A stretch of DNA of 64,000 nucleotides from Cyanobacteria bacterium P01_A01_bin.123. GTDB lineage: Bacteria > Cyanobacteriota > Cyanobacteriia > Phormidesmidales > Phormidesmidaceae. The stretch covers positions 32,001 through 96,000 of the forward strand of contig JBCBZT010000010.1 in assembly GCA_039815185.1 (NCBI GenBank), written 5' to 3'. Position numbers and translations under genes: made by a program. Shown one piece after another: positions 10,572 through 20,959 of the stretch (the stretch's first letter is position 1; every line of letters starts with the position of its first letter). Below the pieces are notes generated by a model. The model worked only from the letters and a program-made list of their open reading frames with translations. It did not search any database and was not told the DNA's origin.

Positions 10572-11522
10572 ATGGCCATTGACCTGACCGTTGCCATCCC
10601 GACCTATAATGGTGCCCCACGTTTGGCACTAGTTCTAGAACACTTACGGGCTCAAACTGGGACTGAAACCCTTGATTGGGAAATCCTGGTGGTTGACAAC
10701 AACAGCAGTGATGATACGGCTGAGCGGGTGCGGCAATGTCAAGCAGATTGGCTCCTTCAGGTTCCCCTCAAGTATTACTTTGAACCCCAACAGGGTGCCG
10801 CTTATGCCCGACAGCGAGCTGTGCAGGAGGCTGAGGGCAACTGGGTTGCTTTTTTGGATGATGATGTGTTGCCGATGGCAGATTGGGTTGAAAACGCGAT
10901 CGCGTTTGGCCGGGCTCATCCTCATGCGGGGGCCTACAGTGGCCAGATTCACGCCAAGTTTGACGAACCGCCGCCGCCAGAGTTTAAGCACATCAAAGCC
11001 TTTTTAGCCGTGCGGGAAGAGGGTAATTTGGCCTATCGCTACCAACCTGAGCGGCTCAATACGCCCCCAGCAGCAGCCCTGGTCGTGCGACGGCAAGCTT
11101 GGTTAGATTGGATGCCACCAGAACCTTACTTGGCAGGGCGGGTTGGGGAGTCAATGGTGGGCGGCGAAGATATCGAAATTTCGGTGCATTTGCACCACGG
11201 CGGCTGGGAAGTCTGGTATTGCCCTGAAATGCATGTTTCCCACCACATTCCGCCCCATCGCTTAGAGCGTGATTACTTGATGGGGTTGGCTCAGGGCTGT
11301 GGCCTCTCAGCTTGTCAACTGCAACTGTTAAACAAACCCCTTTGGCAAAAGCCATTGGTGACTGGCCGGATACTGTTGGGGAGTACTCGCCGGGTTATAT
11401 TCCATTACTGGCGACATCGCCGCGAACTCGGGACGGATTTGGTAGCGGCGTTCCGCCTCAGGTTTTATCTGGGCAACCTAATGAGTGTGCGTTATGCACT
11501 GCACCACAAGTTTTGGCGTTGA
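10572..11522 (+). CDS. Second HpsE/HpsF-like GT2 glycosyltransferase (tandem paralogue)
   Basis: IPTYNG, VVDNNS, FLDDD and GEDIE; colinear with the upstream gene. Confidence 0.85.
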   Translation: MAIDLTVAIPTYNGAPRLALVLEHLRAQTGTETLDWEILVVDNNSSDDTAERVRQCQADWLLQVPLKYYFEPQQGAAYARQRAVQEAEGNWVAFLDDDVLPMADWVENAIAFGRAHPHAGAYSGQIHAKFDEPPPPEFKHIKAFLAVREEGNLAYRYQPERLNTPPAAALVVRRQAWLDWMPPEPYLAGRVGESMVGGEDIEISVHLHHGGWEVWYCPEMHVSHHIPPHRLERDYLMGLAQGCGLSACQLQLLNKPLWQKPLVTGRILLGSTRRVIFHYWRHRRELGTDLVAAFRLRFYLGNLMSVRYALHHKFWR

Positions 11523-11590
11523 TGCTGCCGATTTTGGATCGTAGGCATTAAAAGCCTAAGTTTTCGCAAATCAGGCATTTGAGCTTACCC

Positions 11591-12742
11591 ATGCATGTCA
11601 TTGTGTTAGAAAACGAACCGTCTTCTGAGCGGGGGGGACAAGAACGGAGCTTACTCGATGTTTGCAGAGGACTGGCCCAGCGCGGCCATCGCCTGAGTTT
11701 GCTGTATGTCCAGTCAGGGGATTTATTAGCGCAGTATCAGACGTTTTGTGCTGATTGGTATGCCGTTTCAGGTTATCGCTTTTATCCGCGTTACCCATTG
11801 CGGTCACTGCAGCAATGGCGTCGAGACATCTTCAAAATTCCAATCACTCGTGACAGTGTCATTTACAGCAATCAGTATCACGACAGCTTATTTGGAACAA
11901 CCTTTGCGCGCCTCCGTCGAGTGCCGTTTGTTTGTCATCTGCGGCTGCCGCCGGGTCTACCCTTGGGGGTGCAGTGCAATTGGGGGATGGGCGGTACCGA
12001 TCGTTTGATTGCCGTATCTCGACAAACCCAAGTAGACTGGCAAACTGCTGGATTTGAACGCAAACCAATTGATGTCGTTTACAACGCGATTGATGTGGAT
12101 CAGTTTCAACCCACCACTGATCTAGTCGCCTGTCGGCATCGCTGGGGACTAGCGGCGGGCGATCGCGCGATCGCCTATGTCGGTCGGCTCGATCAGGTTA
12201 AGGGGGTTGAAACACTGCTGCGGGCCTTTGCTCAAATGACCCCCATAAATTCGAAAAATCCAGATGCTGGCAAAGCCCAAATCCATCTGTTAATTGCTGG
12301 CAAACCGTTGATCACCCAATCTGACTATGGTGAACATCTAAAGCGCTTGACAAAGCACCTGGGAATTGAAACCCAGGTGCATTTTCTAGGTCACGTTAAC
12401 GATCCCCGTTGGGTTTACCAAGCCAGCGATGTGGTGGTGTTGCCCAGTGAATGGTCAGAACCCTTTGGACGCGTTTTGATAGAAGGAATGGCCTGTGCCA
12501 TTCCGGCGGTGGGTAGCGCCATTGGCGGGATTCCGGAGGTATTGGCTGACTTGCCCTATAACGCCCTGTTTCAACCGGGTAACCAGGCTGAATTAGCCAA
12601 TCGCTTGGAGATGCTAATCGATTGGCGATCGCACCAACCAGACTTGGGCCAACAGTGCCGTCAGCATGTCAAAGTAAAGTTTTTACTATCACACACGATT
12701 GATGGGGTAGAAACTGCCTTACATAGGGCGCTTAAAGGTTAG
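11591..12742 (+). CDS. GT4 (GT-B) glycosyltransferase
   Basis: GGQE, YVGRL...KG and EPFGRVLIEGMA motifs. Confidence 0.9.
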   Translation: MHVIVLENEPSSERGGQERSLLDVCRGLAQRGHRLSLLYVQSGDLLAQYQTFCADWYAVSGYRFYPRYPLRSLQQWRRDIFKIPITRDSVIYSNQYHDSLFGTTFARLRRVPFVCHLRLPPGLPLGVQCNWGMGGTDRLIAVSRQTQVDWQTAGFERKPIDVVYNAIDVDQFQPTTDLVACRHRWGLAAGDRAIAYVGRLDQVKGVETLLRAFAQMTPINSKNPDAGKAQIHLLIAGKPLITQSDYGEHLKRLTKHLGIETQVHFLGHVNDPRWVYQASDVVVLPSEWSEPFGRVLIEGMACAIPAVGSAIGGIPEVLADLPYNALFQPGNQAELANRLEMLIDWRSHQPDLGQQCRQHVKVKFLLSHTIDGVETALHRALKG

Positions 12743-12761
12743 TGCGGGTTCAGTCGCCCAA

Positions 12762-13718
12762 TCAGCGTAACAGCGCACTCCAAGTGGCTGGCCCTACCAC
12801 CCCATCGGGGGATAGTTGATAATGGCGTTGGGCCTGTTGCACAGCCGCTTCAGTATCTGGGCCAAAAATACCGTCCAGAGAACCCTGATAAAAGTCCAGG
12901 GATTTGAGCCGTTCTTGCAAACGCACGATCGCCGGCCCGTGCATGCCCCGTCGCAAAATGGGGAAATCAGTCGGTGCAGTTGTTTGATTGTTGCCAGTTG
13001 CGTCAGTATTGCTTGGGTTGTCTTGGGACGGATTGCCAGCAGATGGAGGAGTCTCCTCTGGTATGGGAGTGGATTGAGCACTTGCCTCAGGTGGAAATGC
13101 AGCAGCGGGGTCGGCGGAGGCAGCATTGTCTGAACTTGTCGAGGGGGGTAAGGCTGCTGGTTCTGAGGCGTTTGATGCGGTTGTCGTAGCTGGCGGATTA
13201 GCAGCAGCCGGCGGATCAGGAAAAAGGCGATTCCAAGTGGCCGGGCCTACAATGCCATCTGTGCTTAACCCAGCAGCCTGCTGAAATTGAGCCACTGCGG
13301 ACTGGGTTGAGTCTTGGTATATCCCGTCTACAGCATCATCAAAGTAGCCCATGAGCTTGAGCATGGCTTGGAGCTCAGAGACGGCAGTCCCTTCACTCCC
13401 CAATCTCAGCGTGGGGCGAGAAACCCGCTGAGGTGAGGATATGACTTCTGTTGGGTCCGTGGTCATGGGAGCAGACTGCTCAGGAGTAGGCTGCTCGGGG
13501 GGAGCCTGCTGGGCAACTCTGATCTGGAGCGGCTCTGCCAACGCAGCGGCAGGAGTCCACCCCATGGGAAGCAAACTCAAGAGTAGCCCCATCACCCAGC
13601 TGGGCATAGGCACGTTGCGAATTACCCGCTGGGTCTGATAATGGGGCTGGATTTTCCCACAAGTTAAGATCCTGCGGATGACATTCCTGCTATTGATATC
13701 GTCTCCCATGTACTCCAT
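12762..13718 (-). CDS. Peptidoglycan-binding protein (two PG_binding_1 domains, Pro/Ala linker); start may be further in
   Basis: Two LRxG...DG(I/V)VGPATW repeats; signal-like hydrophobic segment. Confidence 0.85.
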   Translation of the reverse strand: MEYMGDDINSRNVIRRILTCGKIQPHYQTQRVIRNVPMPSWVMGLLLSLLPMGWTPAAALAEPLQIRVAQQAPPEQPTPEQSAPMTTDPTEVISSPQRVSRPTLRLGSEGTAVSELQAMLKLMGYFDDAVDGIYQDSTQSAVAQFQQAAGLSTDGIVGPATWNRLFPDPPAAANPPATTTASNASEPAALPPSTSSDNAASADPAAAFPPEASAQSTPIPEETPPSAGNPSQDNPSNTDATGNNQTTAPTDFPILRRGMHGPAIVRLQERLKSLDFYQGSLDGIFGPDTEAAVQQAQRHYQLSPDGVVGPATWSALLR

Positions 13719-13892
13719 TTGACTTGCTGCGCTCCCTAACTGGGTGTGGTATCGATTTTTGTAACGGGCTCACCCTGGGAAGCTGCTTCTGTTAACCATT
13801 AACCAATAGCTAACAGACAGCTCATTTTGGGGAACCGCTCATTTTGTTCTTAAACAGGGTAGCGTGTGTTTAGCCGATGAAAAAAAAAATCT

Positions 13893-14918
13893 ATGCAATT
13901 TTCATGGTTGAGCTGTTTTAGAGGCGCGATTTGGGGCGTTGTAATTGCTGATGCCCTCGCTGCAGGCGAGCTACCATGGGAGTTTGGACCACTGGGCCAC
14001 TGCCCAAAGAGGTCTACAAATTTGATATCCCCAATGTCAGACTTACCCCAGGAAACATCGACTTGGGGCACTGCCTTGATTGCCTGTGGCCAGCAGGTTT
14101 TATCTACATCTAGTCTGGGATCGCCTTTTCTGAAAGGATCAGAGATTGAGGTTAGTCTCAGTAAGACACCTGCTGCTGCTGCAATCGCTTATTTGCCGAT
14201 GCTGTTGCGCTATCAGCGATCGCCCCTAGAAGTAGTCTTGAGCGGGAATAGCATCAGACAGGAAACAGAGGCCTCGATGGTCTTGCAAGACCAGTCTTTG
14301 ACCATCGCTTGGTATGCCCATCAATTAGTCTTGGGCTGGATTCAGATTGTTGCCCAAAATGCCGTTCCCCTATCCCCAAAAGAGAGGCTTGAGGCACTCC
14401 AACATCACTTAAAACAATCGGTCAAATCCGTAAACCGGACTTCTCACCCTGAGGTTAAGTTCAGCCTTGAGCCACTACTGGCGGCTTTAGATGATCTCAA
14501 GTGCTTGCTTGATCAGCCCCAGTTGATCATGGCGAATAAAACTGGAACAGCGTTGTCCCTACCGCTGTTATCCCCTTTAATCTGGGCGCTGTATTTTAGC
14601 TTGACTGCTGTTGAGAATTATCCAGTTGCGGTGATCCGAGCGCTAAGATTAAGGCATTCCCCACCATTAGTCGTCAGTTTGACTGGGCTCTTTAGTGGCA
14701 TTGTGGCCAGTTCAATCGGGTTGCCTCCCGTTTGGTTAGCGCCCATCTTGGCCAAACCTAAGACACCGCTGGTGACCCAGGAGGAATTTCCCTCCTCAAA
14801 AGCACTGCGACAGTTGCCTGATCAGTTATATGCTGCCTGCATTGGAATTGATTGGGCCTATGCCCCCACCTCACTCACTGCTGATTGGCCCACAGCGTTG
14901 CCCATTGTTCACAGTTAG
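13893..14918 (+). CDS. Divergent ADP-ribosylglycohydrolase-family protein
   Basis: N-terminal FRGAIWGVVIADAL and C-terminal TGLFSG...GLP..W match the ARH fold; acidic metal motifs not seen. Confidence 0.55.
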   Translation: MQFSWLSCFRGAIWGVVIADALAAGELPWEFGPLGHCPKRSTNLISPMSDLPQETSTWGTALIACGQQVLSTSSLGSPFLKGSEIEVSLSKTPAAAAIAYLPMLLRYQRSPLEVVLSGNSIRQETEASMVLQDQSLTIAWYAHQLVLGWIQIVAQNAVPLSPKERLEALQHHLKQSVKSVNRTSHPEVKFSLEPLLAALDDLKCLLDQPQLIMANKTGTALSLPLLSPLIWALYFSLTAVENYPVAVIRALRLRHSPPLVVSLTGLFSGIVASSIGLPPVWLAPILAKPKTPLVTQEEFPSSKALRQLPDQLYAACIGIDWAYAPTSLTADWPTALPIVHS

Positions 14919-14993
14919 TTCATTAAACGTTTGATATTGCATCACCTGACATAATTTGCGATTGGGATTCAGAAATCGGATTAGACCTCAGCT

Positions 14994-17540
14994 ATGAAGT
15001 TATTCAAACTCTTCACACAGCAAATTGATCACTGGTGGCACGGTTACTTCGTCATCGGGAATCGACAATCCGATCATTTTAGGCTGCGCCGACTGGCGCT
15101 GCAGTCTGGGCTCAGGTCTAATCGCGTGGGTAACTTCCTCCGCGGCCAACTTTCGCCCATCCTCTCTAGTCAGACACCCGATCGGAGTCCGGGCGAAACA
15201 GTGGTTCGCAAACGATGTAAACGCCAGAAGGGTGTTCAACCCCCAACCTTGTTTGCGGTAGCAATGCTGACTCTGACGGCTTCCATGGGTCAACGGTTTT
15301 ACAACCAACCTGTGTTGCAAGTGGCAACCCGATCGCCGCAGGTGGTGATTGCCCCTGACTCGGCCACGGTAATCGACGAACAGAGTACTGAGGAAAGACG
15401 CATCGCCGCGCGCAATGGGGCTTTGCCCGTATTCATGATGGACGATGAAGCCAATCAGCAAACCAGCGATGGGGTGAACAATTGGTTAGAACAGGGTGAT
15501 GATCTCTGGCAACAAGCAGGGACGGTTCCTTTTGTAGAAACTGATCAGCTCTCAACCGCAAGCCAGCAATACATCCGCACAATTGACGCCTCAGAGTGGG
15601 AGACCCTCCTCCGTCAAGTGCGCAGTCGCAGTGAGCCCTTTATTCTCCCTGACGGTATTGCTCGCGCTCAAACCACCCCTTTAGTATTGACCGATCTCTC
15701 GCCTACTCAATCTGCAGTTGTACGAGAACTGCTCACCTACCGTCAGACCACCTCCCCGGCGGCCTTTACGTTGCTAACCTCCACTGTTGAACGGACACAA
15801 AGGGGGTATCGTCAAGCGATCGCAGAGATTGAGGCCCTGATGCGACAAAATTCTGAGTTGCCCCTGACTCCCGAGTTGCTTGAGTTATCTGCTGCAGACT
15901 GGCGTCAGACCCAGCGAGGCGTTCGCGCTGTTGTCAAACGCATGACGGCCCAAGGCATTGCCCAGGGATTACCGCCTGATTTATTGGAGCGCGCGATCCG
16001 CATCCAAGTTAAGGGAGAGGTTCCGGCAGCGGCAGAAGATATGGCGGTGCAGCTATTACTGGTGACTTTGCAACCCAACCTCGTGGAGGATGTAGAACGA
16101 ACCCGGGAGCAGGCAGAACAAGTCGCACAAGCGGTCGAACCCGTCATGGTTTCGGTGAGTTCTGGGGAAGTCATTGTCGCCGAGGGGGAAGAAATTACCC
16201 CGTCAGATTTTGCCTTGCTCGATCACTTTAACTTGAGCCGTCGGCGATTCAACTGGTTAGGGTTTACCGGATTTGGTGTCTTAGTCGGCGGTGGCATGTG
16301 TGTCTTTTTGCTGGTCGAAAACTTCTACCATCCAGGGTTGCGTCGTCGAGACTATGGCTTGATTGTGCTGTTGACTTGGGGAGCGGCGGGCGTGATTGCG
16401 GTGGGCATCCCCGCGATCAGTCTGGTGGCGGTAGGCCTATTGGTGGGCAGCTTTTACGGAGCAGCTTTAGGGGGTACCGTCGTCGCCCTGTTGGGGATTA
16501 TCTTGCCCATTGGCACAGCCGTCAGCGGGATTCCTCTAGCCGCCAGTGCCGCTGGCGCACTTGTGGGGGCATTGGTGGCGGCGCGACTGCGATCGCGTGA
16601 AGAATTGGCTTTGCTGGGCGGTGCCGTAGGCGTTACCCAGGGGGTAGTGCACTTGATTTTGACCTTAATGCTGAGTCCGGTGTCGAGTGCAGCCTGGTTA
16701 AATATTTTATCAGTCTCGGCGCTGCAAGCGGTATACGGCATTGCCTGCAGTATTGTCGCGATTGGCATCAGCCCCTACCTTGAACACCTATTTGATCTGG
16801 TAACCCCAATTCGCCTGGCCGAACTGTCAAACCCCAACCGTCCACTGCTTAAGCGGTTGGCCTCCGTTGCACCAGGCACATTTCAACACACGCTATTTGT
16901 ATCTTCCTTAGCCGAAGCCGCTGCCCGTGCCCTGGGGTGCAATGTGGAACTGGTGCGTGCCGGGACGCTCTACCATGACATTGGCAAAATGCATGACCCG
17001 GAAGGCTTTATTGAGAATCAGATGGGGGGTGTCAACAAGCACGACGTGATTGATGATCCCTGGGTGAGTTCAGACATCATCAAAAAGCACGTGACCAAGG
17101 GAATTGAGATGGCTCGCAAGCATCGCCTACCCAAAGCGCTGCGAGCGTTTATTCCTGAGCATCAGGGCACTATGCCAATTAGTTACTTTTATCACCAAGC
17201 CAAAGAGCGGGCAAAAGCCGATGCCAGTATCGTGGCAAGAGAGCAGGATTTCCGCTACGACGGTCCGATTCCACAAACGCCAGAAACCGGGATTGTCATG
17301 TTGGCGGATTCTTGTGAGGCTGCCCTGCGATCGCTAAAAGATGCCACTCCGGAAGAAGCCCTTGCCATGGTCAACAAGATTCTGCGAGCCCGATGGAAAG
17401 ATCAGCAATTGATCGATTCTTGCCTTACCCGCGAAAATATGGCTACGATTGCGGAGATTTTTGTACAGGTTTGGCAGCAGTATAACCACAAGCGTATTGC
17501 CTATCCTAAAGCCGCTCTGAGTGGTCGTGCTGGCGGATGA
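14994..17540 (+). CDS. 7TM-HD (HDIG) phosphohydrolase, PgpH-like
   Basis: Extracellular domain, about 7 TM segments, APGTFQH, YHDIGK, EHQGT and MLADSCEAA. Confidence 0.9.
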   Translation: MKLFKLFTQQIDHWWHGYFVIGNRQSDHFRLRRLALQSGLRSNRVGNFLRGQLSPILSSQTPDRSPGETVVRKRCKRQKGVQPPTLFAVAMLTLTASMGQRFYNQPVLQVATRSPQVVIAPDSATVIDEQSTEERRIAARNGALPVFMMDDEANQQTSDGVNNWLEQGDDLWQQAGTVPFVETDQLSTASQQYIRTIDASEWETLLRQVRSRSEPFILPDGIARAQTTPLVLTDLSPTQSAVVRELLTYRQTTSPAAFTLLTSTVERTQRGYRQAIAEIEALMRQNSELPLTPELLELSAADWRQTQRGVRAVVKRMTAQGIAQGLPPDLLERAIRIQVKGEVPAAAEDMAVQLLLVTLQPNLVEDVERTREQAEQVAQAVEPVMVSVSSGEVIVAEGEEITPSDFALLDHFNLSRRRFNWLGFTGFGVLVGGGMCVFLLVENFYHPGLRRRDYGLIVLLTWGAAGVIAVGIPAISLVAVGLLVGSFYGAALGGTVVALLGIILPIGTAVSGIPLAASAAGALVGALVAARLRSREELALLGGAVGVTQGVVHLILTLMLSPVSSAAWLNILSVSALQAVYGIACSIVAIGISPYLEHLFDLVTPIRLAELSNPNRPLLKRLASVAPGTFQHTLFVSSLAEAAARALGCNVELVRAGTLYHDIGKMHDPEGFIENQMGGVNKHDVIDDPWVSSDIIKKHVTKGIEMARKHRLPKALRAFIPEHQGTMPISYFYHQAKERAKADASIVAREQDFRYDGPIPQTPETGIVMLADSCEAALRSLKDATPEEALAMVNKILRARWKDQQLIDSCLTRENMATIAEIFVQVWQQYNHKRIAYPKAALSGRAGG

Positions 17541-17563
17541 TTGGTGATCACGCCTGGCAAAAG

Positions 17564-20089
17564 TTAACTGCCCGCTTCCTTTTCCTCAACATCCGCTGCC
17601 AATGCTGCCAACCTGAGGCCAATGATCTTTTCACCGCGATTAGGCGTTAGCAAGCGATCGCTGGGGGTATCTTTGCCTTGGCGGGGAATGTCTGACATCG
17701 AGAGATAAGCAATGCGATCGTTAGAGGTCATTAAGGTTGCTTGTCTTTGGGGAGCGGCTACTGCGATCGCGGCGAGGGTATCCGTTTTGGCCGTGAATTT
17801 GAAAGCTTGGGTGCCAATCCCGCCTCGTTTGGCCAGCCGCAGCGCTTTGACGGGTAGACGTTTGCAATACCCCAAGGCTGAAACCAGCATCAGCATATCT
17901 GACTCAGTCACAGAGACACAGCCCACTAACTGCTCTTGCTTCCTCAGACGTAGGGCTTGGGGGCCTTGGGCGTTGCGACCCATGATGGGTAATTCGTCGT
18001 CATCGATAGTAAAGCGTAGGATTCGCCCACCGGAAGTAGCCAGGACTAAGGTTTCCCCAGCGTTGGCCAGGGTGACAAACTGCAACTGGTCATCGCCTTT
18101 AAGCTTAAGGGCAGTCAGGCCCCGGCCCGTCAGCTGAGTAAAGTCAGCCAGGGACGAGCGCTTAATACGCCCTTGGGTGGTCACCAAAATCAAGTCTTTT
18201 GTCAGCGTGTCTTCAGACAAAACCATTTGAGCCGTAATTACATCGGGATCGGCGGACACTGAATCAGGGAGTAGATTAATCAGAGGTACGCCTTTTGCTT
18301 GCCGATGAGCTTGGGGAATATCATCAACCCGCACGGTATAGGCTTTGCCGTCTTTGGTTAGGGTCAGCAGTTCTTGATTGGTTTGAGCTGCTTCCACCTG
18401 GACAGGAAAATCCTCGACCGCTTCAAAAGCTAAAGTCTCTGGCGTTTCCTGGCGGGCTTGGCGACGTTGAAAAGCCTTTGGAGAAGACCGCTTAACATAT
18501 CCTTTTTGGGTAAATTCGAGGATGGCCGCTTCTTCTACCACTTCGGCTGCGATCTCGGCTAGCGTCTCACTTTCTGCTTGCCGTTCTGCCTCTGACTGAA
18601 TCCGTGTGCGCCGGGGATCGCCAAATTTCTTCTTCAGTGTGCGCAGTTCTTTTTTCAGCGCTTTGAGTAGTTCTCGTCGTTCTGAGAGTAGCCGTTGCAG
18701 CTGGGCCATGCGAACCGTTAGCTCGTCGTACTCAGTTTGCAGATTCTGCCGCTCTAATCCGGTTAAACGGCGTAGGGGCATAGAAAGGATAGAATCTGCC
18801 TGGCGATCGCTGAAGCCAAAGCGCCCTTGAAAACTGACCTTGGCCGTGGTGCCATCAGGAGATTGGCGCAAAATCTCAATCACCGCATCCAAATTTTCTA
18901 GTGCCATCAGCTGCCCTTCTAGGATGTGCAGCCGATTTTCAGCGCGTTCAAACTCATGGCGATACTGGCGAGTCAGGGTTTCTTCCCGGAAGTTTAAAAA
19001 CGCCTGCAGCATCTCCCGCAGCGGTAGCTGATGCGGTTGCCCTTCGTCTAAGGCGAGTAAAATGGCACCGAAGTTACTTTGCAACGCCGTTTGCTTGTAA
19101 AGGGCATTGAGTACCCGTTGGGGTTGGACTTCGCGCTTGAGTTCAATAACAACGCGCATGCCGTCGCGATCGCTTTCGTCACGAATATCGGCGATGCCGT
19201 CGATTTTGTCGTTGTTGACCAAATCCGCAATTTTTTCAATCCAGCCCGCTTTGTTGACCTGGAAGGGCAATTCCGTTACCACAATGGCATTACGTCGCTG
19301 TCGTCCCCGTCCGGGATGAATTTCTTCAAAGGTGGCAATTCCCCGCACCGGAATGCTGCCGCGTCCAGTGCGATAGGCATCTTGAACACCGCTACAGTCA
19401 ATAATTTCGCCCCCAGTGGGGAAATCCGGTCCCGGAATCAGTTCAAACAGCCGCTCATCTGAGAGATCTGGGCGATCAACCAGGGCAACTAACCCGTCTA
19501 CGACTTCCCCTAAATTGTGGGGGGGGATGTTGGTTGCCATACCCACGGCAATCCCTGAACTACCGTTGAGCAGTAGATTAGGCAATTGAGCCGGCAACAC
19601 GACCGGTTCCTGCTGAGAATTATCAAAATTATCGCTAAAATCGACCGTCGCTTCACCAATTTCACTCAGCAGAGCTTCGTGACTCATTTCGGCCAGACGG
19701 GTTTCGGTGTACCGCATAGCCGCAGGTGGGTCATTATCGACTGAGCCAAAATTGCCGTGGCCTGCCAGCAGTGGATAGCGACTGGAAAAGCTCTGTACCA
19801 TGCGCACCAGGGCGTCGTATACTGCCTGATCGCCATGGGGGTGATATTTACCGAGCACATCCCCAACCACGCGAGCACATTTTCGAAAGGGGCGGTCTGG
19901 GGTTAGGCCCAACTCATGCATGGCATAGATAATGCGGCGATGCACGGGTTTCAGCCCGTCACGGACATCGGGTAGGGCACGCCCGACAATCACGCTCATG
20001 GCATATTCCAGGTAAGAACGCTGCACCTCCGAATGTAGTGAGGTAACGATAACTTGCCCTGGGGAAAGCATATTGAGCTGTCTGGCCAT
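17564..20089 (-). CDS. gyrA: DNA gyrase/topoisomerase IV subunit A paralogue
   Basis: [22 protein letters not shown], catalytic AAMRYTE and C-terminal pinwheel repeats. Confidence 0.93.
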   Translation of the reverse strand: MARQLNMLSPGQVIVTSLHSEVQRSYLEYAMSVIVGRALPDVRDGLKPVHRRIIYAMHELGLTPDRPFRKCARVVGDVLGKYHPHGDQAVYDALVRMVQSFSSRYPLLAGHGNFGSVDNDPPAAMRYTETRLAEMSHEALLSEIGEATVDFSDNFDNSQQEPVVLPAQLPNLLLNGSSGIAVGMATNIPPHNLGEVVDGLVALVDRPDLSDERLFELIPGPDFPTGGEIIDCSGVQDAYRTGRGSIPVRGIATFEEIHPGRGRQRRNAIVVTELPFQVNKAGWIEKIADLVNNDKIDGIADIRDESDRDGMRVVIELKREVQPQRVLNALYKQTALQSNFGAILLALDEGQPHQLPLREMLQAFLNFREETLTRQYRHEFERAENRLHILEGQLMALENLDAVIEILRQSPDGTTAKVSFQGRFGFSDRQADSILSMPLRRLTGLERQNLQTEYDELTVRMAQLQRLLSERRELLKALKKELRTLKKKFGDPRRTRIQSEAERQAESETLAEIAAEVVEEAAILEFTQKGYVKRSSPKAFQRRQARQETPETLAFEAVEDFPVQVEAAQTNQELLTLTKDGKAYTVRVDDIPQAHRQAKGVPLINLLPDSVSADPDVITAQMVLSEDTLTKDLILVTTQGRIKRSSLADFTQLTGRGLTALKLKGDDQLQFVTLANAGETLVLATSGGRILRFTIDDDELPIMGRNAQGPQALRLRKQEQLVGCVSVTESDMLMLVSALGYCKRLPVKALRLAKRGGIGTQAFKFTAKTDTLAAIAVAAPQRQATLMTSNDRIAYLSMSDIPRQGKDTPSDRLLTPNRGEKIIGLRLAALAADVEEKEAGS

Positions 20090-20261
20090 GAGTTGAGTTC
20101 CTTGAAATTAACCGTGATTCCCGAATCGCTTTTAACAATGCTGTAACTTATATACAAAAGCAGAAAAATGGCACAACTAGGCAAGGTAAGCTTGCTTACT
20201 TTACGGTAGTATTTGGCTGTTCTGCTGGAGACGTCGCTGACTATATTTCACAAAAAGTACT

Positions 20262-20663
20262 ATGAAAACCGTTTTGATTGTGGAAGATGACATGATTAAT
20301 GCTCGTGTCTTTTCCAAAATTTTGACCAAGCGTGGGGGACTGACGGTAAAGCATACCGAAAATGTGGAAGAAGTCATGCAGATTGCCCAAAACCATGAGG
20401 CTGATGTCATTTTGATGGATGTTTCCCTCTCTCATAGTGTGTACCAAGGTAAACCTGTGGATGGCATCAAGATTACCCAAATGCTGAAATCAGACCCGAA
20501 TACGGCCAGTTTGCCCGTAATTTTAGTTACCGCACATGCTATGGACGGCGATCGCGAGAATTTCCTCCAACAGAGCGGCGCTGATGGTTACATCTCTAAA
20601 CCCGTGGTCGATCATCAGAAGTTTGTTGATCAAATTACAGCCATGATTCCCGATGTGGGGTGA
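20262..20663 (+). CDS. Single-domain response regulator (DivK-like)
   Basis: IVEDD, LMD, VTAHAM and YISKP motifs. Confidence 0.9.
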   Translation: MKTVLIVEDDMINARVFSKILTKRGGLTVKHTENVEEVMQIAQNHEADVILMDVSLSHSVYQGKPVDGIKITQMLKSDPNTASLPVILVTAHAMDGDRENFLQQSGADGYISKPVVDHQKFVDQITAMIPDVG

Positions 20664-20750
20664 TGGAAGATAAATACATTTGTACTGTAAATTCAGCGAA
20701 TGATCCAGTTTTCGCCTAAGGATAAGAGCACTAGCGATGCCAGCATGATC

Positions 20751-20929
20751 TAGTTCTGAAATCAGGACAGGTAATTATCAACTCAGTAGCTAATCGGATT
20801 GATGTGAGGTAAGGGCACGAAAAATTTCATCAAAGGCAGCAATGCCCTACTGCTTGGCAGTGTTTACGAGCGACCACACCTGAACGAACAATTCGGCCAG
20901 TCGACGTGAAAGTCATGACTCCAAATCTA
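20751..20929 (-). ncRNA. ssrS: Probable 6S RNA (ssaA/ssrS)
   Basis: About 180-nt intergenic segment whose ends pair (TAGATTTGGAGTCATGAC / GTCCTGATTTCAGAACTA); inner stems; TCACGTCG and AAACACTGCC motifs recalled from cyanobacterial 6S RNAs. Confidence 0.65.
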
Positions 20930-20959
20930 TACTTCTGGCTTAGTCTCCTCACTTCTGGG

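Noticed and set aside
20143..20155. NtcA site between gyrA and the response regulator (GTA-ACTTATA-TAC)
   Set aside because: Spacing is N7, not the required N8
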